Below, piece by piece: positions 49,101 through 62,592 of a stretch of DNA of 64,000 nucleotides; position 1 is the first letter of the stretch; the number at the start of each line of letters is the position of its first letter. The notes below the pieces were generated by a model. The model did not search any database. It was not told the DNA's origin and saw only the letters and a list, made by a program, of their open reading frames with translations. This DNA comes from Anaeramoeba ignava BMAN (taxonomy: Eukaryota > Protista > Anaeramoebae), in NCBI GenBank assembly GCA_028826165.1, contig JAPDFW010000004.1, positions 1-64,000 on the forward strand, written 5' to 3'. Both the position numbers and the translations under genes were made by a program.

Positions 49101-50404
49101 TCCAGTTCTTTCTTCTTCTCCTGTTTGATCTTTGACATAAAAATCATCTCCAAAATCATTAAAAACCCAAGAAAAAACTCCTTTTGTTTCGCAATAAATA
49201 AATGGTATTCCTTTCTTTCTGCAAAATTCATTGATTCTTTTCAGGTTTGTTAGTGTTCCTTCATTTATAATAACGCATGAATATTCTTCCAAAAAATTTA
49301 ATTCTTCTTCTTTTTCACTTAAAATTTCTTTTGTATTTGTTAAGATTTGCACATATGGATTCAATTCTGATACTTTATGTGCACATACTTCTGCTCGATT
49401 TTTTCCTATATCTTGTTCTGTAATGAAAAAATTTGTTGAAAGATCTTCCATTGTTGATAATTTTGTATCGTGTAGAGTAAGTGATTTTACTCCTGCTAAT
49501 GTAATGTTTTTTGCTTTTTTTTTTTCAAATTAATTTTAATTTTTATAAATGATTTTAATTTTGATTTTAATTTTAATTTTAATTTTCAAATGAATTTTAA
49601 TTTTAATTTTAATTTTGATTTTAATTTTGATTTTAATTTTAATTTTAATTTTAATTTTAATTTTAAATTTTAATTTTAATTTTTATAAATGAATTTTAAT
49701 TTTAATTTTAATTTTAATTTTAATTTTAATTTTAATTTTAATTTTAATTTTAATTTTAATTTTAATTTTAATTTTAATTTTAATTTTAATTTTAATTTTG
49801 ATTTTAATTTTAATTTTAATTTTAATTTTAATTTTAATTTTAATTTTAATTTTTATAAATGATTTTAATTTTAATTTTAATTTTAATTTTGATTTTTAAA
49901 TTTTAATTTTAATTTTAATTTAAATTTTGATTTTAATTTTAATTTTAATTTTAATTTTAATTTTAATTTTAATTTTAATTTTAATTTTAATTTTAATTTT
50001 AATTTTAATTTTAATTTTAATTTTAATTTCAATTTTAATTTTAAATTTAATTTAATTTTATAATTTAATTTTTAATTTTAATTTTAATTAAATTTTAATT
50101 TTTAATTTTAATTTTAATTTTAATTTTAATTTTAATTTTAATTTTAATTTTAATTTCATTTTTAATTTTAATTATAATTTTAATTGAAATGAAAGTTGGA
50201 ATTTCATTTAGAATTTCTTTTGTAAATAAAAAAAAGCAAAAAAAAAAATTATATTTATTTTTATTTACCAATTTCAATCCCAAGTCCATTAATTCCTGAA
50301 AGAAATAAATTAGCTTTTGACATAGAAGACATTGCTTCATCTCCATAAACATATCTTTGTCTTGAATAAAAACCATCATCAATTTCACTTGTTTCTTCAA
50401 TCAT
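46188..50404 (-). CDS. UBA6: Ubiquitin-activating enzyme E1, UBA6-like, ~1117 aa; exons 50404-50269, 49513-47455, 47346-46188
   Basis: YSRQRYVYG, VGCGAIGCE, DLIEKSNLNRQFLFR, catalytic region SHRDPPEKSVPFCTLKSFP..EHTIEWARDKFE, FEKDDETNHHIDFI, IAGKIIPAIATTT. PFCTLKSFP and KGHVEVIIP...SHRDPP match UBA6 better than UBA1 (PICTLKNFP). E1 identity is secure, the UBA6 assignment less so. Confidence 0.8.
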
Positions 50405-50535
50405 TTTTTCTTATTTTTTTAAATTATAATTTTTTTAATTAAAAAATTTTTTTTCCTTTTTTTTTTTAATTAAGAAATAAAAAAAATGAAATTTATTTTT
50501 TTTCATTTTTCATTTTTCATTTTTTTTCATTTAAA
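50405..50535. promoter_or_regulatory. Compact bidirectional promoter (UBA6 / Lon) with TTTTTCATTT motifs
   Basis: 131 bp between divergent ATGs. Four TTTTCATTT copies precede 50536 and a reverse copy lies near 50487. Confidence 0.5.
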
Positions 50536-53500
50536 ATGTTATCAGTTCTTCCTTTAAAAAATTTTCGTTTAACTTCAATTCAAAATCATTTACCAACTCA
50601 AAAAGCTTTTTCTTTTCCTTCTTTATCAAAACATTTTAATTCTTTATTCAATTCTATTCAAAATTCAAAAAAAAAATTAAATTTGAAAAAAGAAATAAAT
50701 CCAAAATACTTTTCCAATAAAAAATCAAATTTAGAAAAAGAAGCAATCAAATCAGGAAAAAAAATATCAATTACAAGTAAATTAAGAACAAATTAAGAAG
50801 GAAAAATACATTAAATATTAAAATAAATATTAAAATAAATATTAAAATAAATATTAAAATAAATATAAAATAAATATTAAAATAAATATTAAAATAAATA
50901 TTAAAATAAATATTAAATATTAAATATTAAAATAAATATTAAAATAAATATTAAAATAAATATTAAATTAAATATTAAATTAAATATTAAAATAAATATT
51001 AAAATAAATATTAAAATAAATATTAAAATAAATATTAAATTAAATATTAGGTTAAATTAAATATTAAAATAAATATTAAATTAAATATTAAATTAAATAT
51101 TAAAAATTAAAATAATTAAAATAAATATTAAAATAAATAAAATAAAAAAAATTAAATATTAAAATAAATATTAAAATAAATATTAAAAAAAATAAATATT
51201 AAAATTAAATATTAAATTAAATATTAAATTAAATATTAAATTAAATATTAAAATAAATATTAAAAAATAAAAATTAAAATTAAATATTAAAAATAAATAT
51301 TAAAATAAAATATTAAAAAATAAATATCAAAAAAAAATATAAAAAAAAAAAATAAATATTAAAATTAAATATAAAAAAAATAAAATAAAATTAAATTAAA
51401 TATTAAAAAATAAATATTAAAAATAAAAATAAAAATATTAAAAATAAATATTAAATTAAATATTAAAATAAATATTAAAAATAAATATTAAATTAAATAT
51501 TAAAATAAATATTCAAAATAAATATCAAAATAAATATTAAAAATTAAATATTAAAATAAATATTAAAAAAAAAAATAAAATATTAAAATAAATATTAAAA
51601 ATAAATATTAAAAATTAGATATTAAATTAAAATTAAAAATAAAAATAAAAATAAAATTTTATTAAAATAAATATTAAAAATAAATAAATATTAAATTAAA
51701 TATTAAATTAAATATTAAATTAAAAATTTAAAAATATTAAATTAAATATTAAAAATAAATATTAAAATAAATATTAAAATAAATATTAAAATAAATATTA
51801 AAAATTAAATATTAAAATAAATATTAAAATAAATATTAAAATAAATATTAAAATAAATATTAAAATTAATATTAAATTAAATATTAAAATAAATATTAAA
51901 ATTAAATATTAAAATAAATATTAAAATAAATATTAAAATAAATATTAAAATAAATATTAAATTAAATATTAAATTAAATATTAAAATAAATATTATAATA
52001 AATATTAAATTAAATATTAAATTAAATATTAAATTAAATATTAAAATAAATATTCAAAATAAATATTAAAATAAATATTAAATTAAATATTAAATATAAA
52101 AATAGATCCTCTTGATAACACAATTCCAACTTCATTACCAATAATTGCTTTAGATCATACACCATTATTTCCAGGATTTGGAATTGTAGCGACAATCCGA
52201 AATAAAGAATATCAAAACCTTATAAATAAAAATAATGGATATGTTGGGATGTTTCTTTTAGATTCTGACTCAAGAAGACCACAAATTACTATGGATAGTA
52301 GATTAATAAATAAAGGACAAGAATTAGTGAAACGATTCCAACTTTCAATGGATGCAACTCATGGTTATAATTATCCAACTTTTTTTATTTTTGGAAAAAA
52401 AATTTCTGGTCATATTCCTAAATTTGGAATCAAAAATGAAAAACTAATTGGTTTGGCACAAGAGAGTATTCCTAATCTTACTATGGATATTCGGGAAATA
52501 CTGAATACTCTTAATGTTGGTGTTCTTGCTAAAGCTTTTCAATTTAAAGATTTTCCTACAACTTATGGTTATGGGGATCATGATGATCTTTATTTTTTTT
52601 ATGGTTTGCAAAGAATTTCAATTGATAAAGCCCATGAAGAATTGAATTATTATTCCACTACTTATAAAATTCTTGAAGTGAGTTTATTAAATATTTTATT
52701 AAATATTTTATTAATTATTTTATTAATTATTTTATTATTTAATTAATTATTTTATTATTTAATTAATTATTTTATTAATTATTTTATTTAATTATTTAAT
52801 TAAATATTTTTTTCCGATTTTGATTTTATTAATTTTATTAATTATTTTATTAATTTTTATTAATTATTTTATTAATTATTTTATTAATTTTTTATTAATT
52901 ATTTTATTAATTATTTTATTAATTATTTTATTTAATATTTTATTAATTATTTTATTAATTATTTTATTAATTATTTTATTAATTATTTTATTAATTATTT
53001 TATTAATTATTTTATTAATTATTTTATTTTATTTATTATTTTTTTTATTAATTATTTTTATTTTATTATTTTTATTTATTTATTTTTTTAATTATTATTA
53101 ATTATTTAATTAATTATTTTATTAATTATTTTATTAATTATTTTATTAATTATTTTATTAATTATTTTATTAATTATTTTATTAATTATTTTATTTAATA
53201 TTTTATTAATTATTTTATTAATTATTTAATTAAATATTTTTTTAATTATTTTATTAATTATTTTATTAATTATTTAATTAAATATTTTTTTCCGATTTTG
53301 ATTTTATTAATTTTATTTCAATTTATTTAATTAATTTTTATTCAAAAAAAAGGATCCAAAAATACCAAATAATGATATAGATGTTCGAGCATATGCTCAA
53401 TTAATTTATAAAGCTTTAGATAAAAAAATATCTGATAGTCCAAAAATAAGTGTATTTTAAAAATATATTTTTCCAAATTCAAAATTTTAGAATCCATTTT

Positions 53501-56500
53501 CTAAAATGAAAATTATTTATAAATAAGTAGAATTTTTTCGATTTATCTGATATTAATGCTTTAATAAATTGTGCGACACCAATTTCTAAATCTACACCAG
53601 ATCAAAAACAAGTAATTTTTTAATTTCAAAAAAATTCAAATCAAAAAATTTAAATCAAAAAATTCAAATCAAAAAAATTCAAATCAAAAAAATTTAAATC
53701 AAAAAAATTTAAATCAAATTCAAATCAAAAAATTTAAATCAAAAAATTTAAATCAAAAAATTTAAATCAAAAAATTTAAATCAAATTTAAATCAAATCAA
53801 ATTCAAATCAAAAAAATTTAAATCAAAAAAATTTAAATCAAAAAAAAGGAAATCCTTGAATCAAATCAAACAGTAGACCGTTTATCAAAACTTTATAATA
53901 TAATTATGGAGGATAATTCACTTATAGATGCTAAAAATGAACTAGATAAAAAAGCAAGTGATGAATCAGCAAAAAATATGAAAAGATATCGAATTGAAAA
54001 TGAACTGAGATTTTTAACATCTTTATCAGAAAGTATTTCGGTTTCAGATTCACCATACATAAAGAAACTTCACGACAAAGTGATACCAGGAAAAGTGCTT
54101 GAAATTATCAAATCAGAAATACAAAAACTTCAACAAACGGATAAAAGATCAATTGAATATGGAGTAACAAAAGAGTATCTTGAATGGCTAAGTATATTGC
54201 CATGGGGAGTCAACGATCCCATTCATAAAGATATCAATCAAGCAAAAAAAATACTAGATGAGGATCATTTTGGACTTCAAGATATAAAAGAACGAATTCT
54301 TGAATTTATTGCAGTGGAAAATTTACTTGAACATGCAGGCGGCAAAATAATTTGCTTTGTAGGTCCGCCTGGTGTTGGGAAATGCTTGGGATTTAATACT
54401 CAAGTTATGCTTGCAAATGGAAAATGCGCAGCTGTTCAAGATATCAAACCTGGTCATGTTTTATTAGGCGATGATTCAAATCATCGAAATGTTTTGTCAA
54501 TCACTAAAGGATTTGGAAAGTTGTTTAATATCATAGATAAAAATTCACGCCAATCGTTTGTTGTTAATGAGGAGCATATTCTTTGTTTGAAATTTTGTGG
54601 GAATGATTATTCGAAAATTAAATGGAATAAGAAACTCAATTGTTATCAAATCAAATTCCTTGAAAATCATCAATTCAAAACTTTTTTCATTACTGATTTG
54701 TATCGAAAAGGAAAATTCAGCAAAAAAAAAGTTAAATTGTTTGCTAAGAAAATTCGCAAGTCTTTAAATCTTACAAAATTCGGTGATATTGTTGAAATTT
54801 CTGTTAAAGATTATATGAAAAAATCCAATGAATGGAAAAAATTATATTGTGGTTATCGAACATTTGTTGAATTCAAAGAGAAACAAACCGATCAAGATCC
54901 GTTTGTTTTGGGAAGAAATTCTGCGAATCATGAATTACAAATTGCGATGTCATTAGAAAATGGAAAGAAAATGAAACCAAATACAGATACAGATACAAAA
55001 AAAGAAAAGAAGAGAATAATCCCTGAAAATATCAAGTTCAATTCCAAAAGAATTCGTCAAGAGTATTTGGATGGATTTCTTGAATCTGCAGCAAAATTAT
55101 CCAAAAAAAGGAATCAATGCGAAGTTTTATTATCAAATTCAAATTTTGTTAATGATTTTGAATATTTATGTAGATCACTTGGAATTCATTTTGTGAAAAG
55201 TGGGAATTCAATTATAAAATTTAGGTTGTATAATTTTGATAGAAAAACGAAGAGAATTAATTATAAAAAACAAAATCAGAAAAAAGAAAAAGATTTAATG
55301 TTTCCAATTTCTGTTTGTTATTCTGGAGAAGGAAATTATTATGGATTTGAGTTGGATGGAAATGGGAGGTTTTTATTAGGAGATTTTACTGTAACACATA
55401 ATTCATCAATTGCACAAAGTATTGCAAGAGCATTAGAAAGAAAATTTTATAGATTTTCAGGTTAAAAATTTCAAAAATTATTGAAAAAAATTATTGAAAA
55501 AAATTATTGAAAAAAAAACTTTTTTTTTAATTTATTAGTTGGAGGTATGAGAGATGTTGGAGAGATTAAAGGTCATCGTAGAACTTATGTTGGTGCTTTA
55601 CCTGGAAAAATGATACAAAGTCTTAAGATAACTCAAACAAGTAATCCTGTGATATTAATTGATGGTAAATTGGAAAAATATTAAAAAATATTAAAAAATT
55701 AAAATATTAAAATATTATTTAAAAAATATTCAAAAATATTCAAAAAATATTCAAAAAATATTCAAATAATATTAAATAATATTCAAAAATATTCAATAAT
55801 ATTAAATAATATTCAATAATATTTAATAATATTTAATAATATTCAATAATATTCAATTAATATTTAATAATATTCAATTAATATTTAATAATATTCAATA
55901 ATATTCAAATAATATTCAATAATATTTAATAATATTCAATAATATTCAAATAATATTTTAATAATATTTAATAATAATTTAATAATATATTCAATAATAT
56001 TCAATAATATTCAATAATATTCAATAATATTCAATAATATTCAATAATATTTAATAATATTCAATAATATTAAATAATATTTAATAATATTTAATAATAT
56101 TAAATAATATTCAAAAATATTCAATAATATTCAATAATATTCAATAATATTTAATAATATTCAATAATATTCAATAATATTCAATAATATTCAATAATAT
56201 TTAATAATATTCAATAATATTTAATAATATTTAATAATATTTAATAATATTTAGTAATATTTAATAATATTTAATAATATTAAATAATATTTAATAATAT
56301 TCAAAAATATTCAATTAATATTCAATAATATTCAATAATATTCAATAATATTCAAAAATATTCAAAAATATTCAATAATATTCAATAATATTCAATAATA
56401 TTCAATAATATTTAATAATATTCAATAATATTTAATAATATTCAATAATATTCAATAATTAAAAATATTTAAATAATATTCAATAATATTCAATAATATT

Positions 56501-58549
56501 CAATAATATTTAATAATATTTAATAATATTCAATAATTAAAAAATATTTAAATAATATTCAATAATATTCAATAATATTCAATAATATTCAATAATATTT
56601 AATAATATTTAATAATATTATTTAATAATATTCAATAATATTCAATAATATTCAATAATATTCAAATAATATTCAATAATATTCAATAATATTCAAATAA
56701 TATTCAAATAATATTCAATAATATTCAATAATATTTAATAATATTCAAATAATATTCAATAATATTCAATAATATTCAAAAATATTCAAAAATATTCAAA
56801 TAATATTCAATATTCAATAATATTCAATAATATTCAATAATATTCAATAATATTTAATAATATTCAATAATATTCAATAATATTCAATAATATTCAATAA
56901 TATTTAATAATATTTAATGATATTCAATAATATTTAATAATATTTAAAAATATTTAAAAATATTTAATAATATTCAATAATATTAAAATAATATTTAAAA
57001 ATATTTAAATAATAAATTAGAAATTGATAAAATTGGACAAAGTTTCAAAGGAGATCCTGCAAGTGCGCTTCTTGAGGTTTTAGATCCAGAACAAAACTTT
57101 GAATTCATTGATCACTATTTAGATGTACCATTTGATCTATCCAAAATAACATTTATCTTAACAGCCAATGATGCAACACAAATTCCAAGAACTTTATTAG
57201 ATCGATTAGAAGTTATTCAACTCTCAGGATATGTATTAAAGGAAAAATTAATGATAGCAAAAAATCATTTTCTTCAAAAAATCAAAAAAGAAACAGGTTT
57301 AAGTAAATGTGATATTCAAATAACAGATGAAGCTATTATTAAAATAATTCGCGATTATTGTCGCGAACCTGGCGTTAGAAATTTATCTAATCAACTCGAG
57401 AAAATTTATCGCAAAATTGCTTTTAAATATTGCAATTTGAATTCAAATCAAAGAGATTCTTTTCATGTTTTTATTGATAAAAAGGATATTGTTGATTATT
57501 TGGGAACTCGTAAATATTCAAAGGATAGGATTTTTGAAAAAACTATTCCTGGTGTTGCAACCGGTCTTGCTTGGACTCCTTTTGGTGGTGTTGTTATTTA
57601 TATTGAAACAATTGTATCTGATGTTGCAAATCTTGAAAGAAAAAACAAGAATCAAAATTCAAATCAAAATTCAAATCCAAAAAAATTAGTTTATAATTCA
57701 AATCCAAAAAAATTAGTTTATAATTCAAATCCAAAAAAATTAGTTTATAATTCAAATCAAGATTCAATTAAAAACTTAATTCAAGATTCAATTCAAAATT
57801 TAATTCAAGATTCAATCGAAAATTTAAATCAAAATTTAATTGAAAATTTAAATCAAAATTCAAATGAAAATTTAAATCAAAATTTAAATCAAAATTCAAA
57901 TAAAAATTCAAATGGAAATTCAAATCAAAATTTAAATCAAAATTCAAATCAAAATTTAAATGGAAATTCAAATGAAAATTTAAATCAAAATTTAAAAGAA
58001 AATTCAAATCAAAATTCAAATGGAAATTCAAATGAAAATTCAAATGAAAATTCAAATAAATATGAAATAAGAGAAGCTGGAGGAACATTATTCACAACAG
58101 GAAATATTGGGAATGTTATGCAAGAAAGCACACAAATAGCATATAGTTTTGCCAAAAGATTTCTTGAGAAACACGATAAAAACAATAAATTTTTTTTCAA
58201 CACGATTCACATGCACATTCCCAAAGGGGCTATACCTAAAGATGGACCATCAGCTGGAGTAACGATGGTCACAGCATTATTATCTCTTGCTTTAAATGAG
58301 CCAGTCAAACAAGAAACTGCAATGACTGGTGAAATTACTTTGAATGGAAAAGTTTTGGCTGTTGGTGGTATTAAAGAAAAGGTTATTGGTGCTAGTATTT
58401 CTGGTATAAAAAATATCATTTTACCTGTGGAAAATAAAAGAGATTGGGATGAAATTGACCCTTTTATTAGAACTGATTTGAAAGTTATTTTTGTTCAAGA
58501 TTATCAAGAAATTTTTGATGAAGTTTTTAGTTTTGAAAAGAAGAATTAA
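50536..58549 (+). CDS. LONP1: Organellar (mitochondrion-related organelle) LonA protease precursor containing an intein; exons 50536-50776, 52106-52677, 53353-53451, 53531-53611, 53849-55460, 55539-55664, 57021-58549
   Basis: Basic, Ser/Leu-rich presequence-like N-terminus, [37 protein letters not shown], Walker [20 protein letters not shown], Walker B ILIDEIDK, catalytic DGPSAG and GGIKEK. Confidence 0.92.
50777..52105 (+). repeat. Lon intron 1, mostly (TAAATATTAAAA)n
   Basis: GT..AG intron of 1329 nt made almost entirely of an ~12-bp A/T unit. Confidence 0.85.
54383..55402 (+). mobile_element. Intein (340 aa) with a degenerate LAGLIDADG-type endonuclease region, inserted in the Lon Walker A motif
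   Basis: Block [14 protein letters not shown] directly after GPPGVGK, block [12 protein letters not shown], blocks [24 protein letters not shown] followed by +1 Ser. Excision restores [18 protein letters not shown]. Confidence 0.95.
55665..57020 (+). repeat. Lon intron, mostly (AATAATATTC)n
   Basis: GT..AG intron of 1356 nt splitting the Walker B Glu codon (G|AA), built from a 10-bp unit. Confidence 0.85.
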
Positions 58550-59008
58550 AATTAAATCAAATTTAAATTTAAAATTAAAATCAAAATTAAAAATTAAAAT
58601 TAAAATTAAAATTAAAATTAAATTTAAAATTAAAATTAAAATTAAAATTAAAATTAAAATTAAAATTAAAATTAAAATTAAAATTAAAATTTAAAATTAA
58701 AATTAAAATTAAAATCAAAATTAAAATTAAAATTAAAACTAAAATTAAAATTAAAATTAAAAAATAAATTTCGGATAAAAAATATTTCTTTTTTTTTTAA
58801 AATTTTTGCTAAATTTTTGATTGATGTTGCAAGTAAAACAATCTCAATCTTTCAAGTAAAAAAAAAATTTCAATCTTTCAAGTAAAAAATTAGAAAAAAA
58901 AAATGGAAAAAAAAATGAAGTGAAAAAGCGAGAAAGAAGAAAGTCAACAAAACAAGAAAAATCTGAAAAAAAAAAAACCAAAATTGATTTCCTTGTGATT
59001 TGAATTAA

Positions 59009-62000
59009 TTATAAAAGAATGCATTTTTTCTTTTTGACAGCTGGCTTATCATTTTTTGAAGTAATTGTTCTAATTGCTTCTTCAAAAATCTCTTTCAAAT
59101 TGTGTCTTGTTTTTGCAGAACATTCAAGATATTTAGTTGCATTTATTTTTTTAGCCAAATCTTGACCCTTTATTATTTTTTAAAATAAAGAATAAATATA
59201 ATTATAAATTTAATTATAAATTTAATTATAAATATAATTATAAATTTAATTATAAATTTAATTATAAATATAATTATAAATATAATTATAAATTTAATTA
59301 TAAATTTAATTATAAATATAATTATAAATTTAATTATAAATTTAATTATAAATATAATTATAAATTTAATTATAAATTTAATTATAAATTTAATTATAAA
59401 TATTATTATAAATTTAATTATAAATATAATTATAAATTTAATTATTAATTTAATTATAAATTTAATTATAAATTTAATTATAAATTTAATTATAAATTTA
59501 ATTATAAATTTAATTATAAATTTAATTATAAATTTAATTATAAATTTAATTATAAATTTAATTATAAATATAATTATAAATATAATTATAAATATAAATA
59601 TAAATTTAATTATAAATTTAATTATAAATATAATTATAAATATAATTATAAATTTAATTATAAATTTAATTATAAATATAATTATAAATTTAATTATAAA
59701 TTTAAATATAAATTTAATTATAAATATAATTATAAATTTAATTATAAATATAATTATAAATTTAATTATAAAATATAATTATAAATTTAATTATAAATAT
59801 TATTATAAATTTAATTATAAATATTATTATAAATTTAATTATAAATATAATTATAAATATAATTATAAATTTAATTATATATTTAATTATAAATTTAATT
59901 ATAAATTTAATTATAAATATAATTATAAAATTTTGTTATAAATTTAATTATAAATTTAATTATAAAATTTTATTATAAATTTAATTATAAATTTGATTAT
60001 AAATTTAATTATAAATTTAATTATAAATTTAAATATAAATTTAATTATAAATTTAATTATAAATATAAATATAAATATAATTATTAATTTAATTATAAAT
60101 ATAATTATAAATTTAATTATAAAATATAATTATAAATTTAATTATAAATTTAATTATAAGTTTAATTACAAAATATAATTACAAATATAATTATAAATTT
60201 AATTATAAATATAATTATAAATTTAATTATAAACTTAATTATAAATTTAATTTATAAATTTAATTATAAATTTAATTATAAATTTAATTATAAATTTAAT
60301 TATAAATTTAATTATAAATTTTAATTATAAATATAATTATATAAATATAATTATAATTATAAATTTAATTATAAATTTAATTATAAATTTAATTATAAAT
60401 TTAATTATAAATTTAATTATAAATTTAATTATAAATTTAATTATAAATTTAAATATAAAATTAATTATAAATTTAATTATAAATTTAATTATAAATATAA
60501 TTATAAATTTAATTATAAATTTAATTATAAATATAATTATAAATATAATTATAAATTTAATTATAAATTTAATTATAAATATAATTATAAATTTAATTAT
60601 AAATATAATTATAAATTTAATTATAAATTTAATTATAAATATAATTATAAATATAATTATAAATTTAATTATAAATTTAATTATAAATAATTATAAATAT
60701 AATTATAAATTTAATTATAAATTTAATTATAAATATAATTATAAATATAATTATAAAATTAATTATAAATTTAATTATAAATATAATTATAAATTTAATT
60801 ATAAATTTAATCGTAAATATTATTATAAATATAATTATAAATTTTTTTGCTAGTTAAATATTTTAAATAAAAAAAAGAAATAAAAAGAAAAACAAGAGAA
60901 GAAAAAAACAAACCATTTGAGGAGTAATAAAAGAAGCGTTGTTTTTTTTCATTTCTTCTTGAGCAAGAGGATCAGTTCGAAGATCTGTTTTTGTTCCAAC
61001 AAGAATAACTGGGGCATTAGAACAATAATGACGAACCTCGCCAGCCCACTAGAAATAAAAAGAAGAAGATAAGAAACATTTGCGGAGAAAAAAAATTTTT
61101 TGAGAAGAATTTCTTGATTACTTTTGTCACAACGTTTTCATAAGAAAAATGATTATCAATTGCAAAACATATTAAAATAATGTTCGCATTAGGATAACTT
61201 AAGGGTCTCAATGAATCGTATTCTTCCTGACCTTTTGGAGTCATAAAAAGAAATAAACAAAGAAAATTAATCGGTGAACCAAAACTAAAAATACACTTTT
61301 AAATTTATAAAATACCTGCAGTATCCCAAACACTCATTTCATATGGTTTTCCATCAACATCAAATTTTGCGTTATAGTTCTCAAATACTGTTGGTACGTA
61401 ACCTGATGGGAATCTATGAATAAAAGTAAGGTTATTATTAATATTTTAAATAATTTTAATTTTTTTTAAATAAGAATTTTTGAATTATTTATAAATTGAA
61501 TTAAATTAAATTAAATTATTTATAAATTAAATTAAATTAAATTAAATTAAATTAAATTAAATTAAATTAAATTAAATTAAATTAAATTGAATTAAATTAT
61601 TTTAATTTAAATTAAATTATTTATAAATTAAATTAAATTAAATTTATTTTTAAATTAATTTAAATTTTTTAAATTTAAATTAAATTAAATTAAAATTTTT
61701 TAAATTTGAATTAAATTATTTTTTGAATTAAAATTAAATTATTATTTTTAAATTAAATTATTTTTAAATAAAATTTTTGAATTATTTATAAATTAAATTA
61801 AATTATTTATAAATTAAATTAAATTAAATTGAATTAAATTATGAATTAAATTATTTATAAATTGAAATAAATTATAAATTGAATTAAATTGAATTATTTT
61901 TGAATTAAATTGAATTGAATTGAATTAAATTAAATTATTTATAAATTAAATTGAATTAAAATTATTTTTGAATTAAATTGAATTGAATTAAATTATTTAT

Positions 62001-62592
62001 AAATTAAATTAAATTAAATTAAATTAAATTATTTATAAATTATTTATAAATTGAATTAAATTAAATTAAATTAAATTAAATTAAATTAATTTTAAATTTT
62101 TATAAATTAAATTAAATTATTTTTAAATTGAATTAAATTTTTTAAATTAAATTATTTAAATTAAATTAAATTAAATTTTTTAAATTAAATTAATTAAAAA
62201 TAAATTAAATTTTTAAATTAAATTAAATTATTTTAAAAATTATTTTAAATTAAATTGAATTAAATTTTAAATTATTTTTTGAAATTGAATTGAATATTTT
62301 TGAATTTTAAATTAAATAAATTTTTTGAAATTAAATTATTTTAGAAATTAAATTAAATTAAATTTAAATTAAATTAAATTAAATTGAATTAAATTGAATT
62401 GAATTATTTATTATTAAATTAAATTATTTATAAATTATTTTTGAAATTGAATTAAATTATTTTTGAATTAAATTATTTTTGAATTATTTTTGCGTACTTA
62501 TTTTCAATGAATGTAATGAGCATGCATGTTTTTCCTGTTGCTCCATCTCCTACACACACTAATTTGAATCGATTTTGTGCTAAAGTTGTCAT
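59009..62592 (-). CDS. Rho-family small GTPase, 198 aa; exons 62592-62498, 61413-61316, 61231-61122, 61048-60914, 59167-59009
   Basis: [48 protein letters not shown], polybasic KKRKK and CAAX CILL. Exons sum to 199 codons including the stop. Confidence 0.93.
59195..60842. repeat. Intronic (ATAAATTTAATT / ATAAATATAATT)n 12-bp repeat in the Rho gene
   Basis: About 1.6 kb of a nearly pure A/T 12-mer. Confidence 0.9.
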
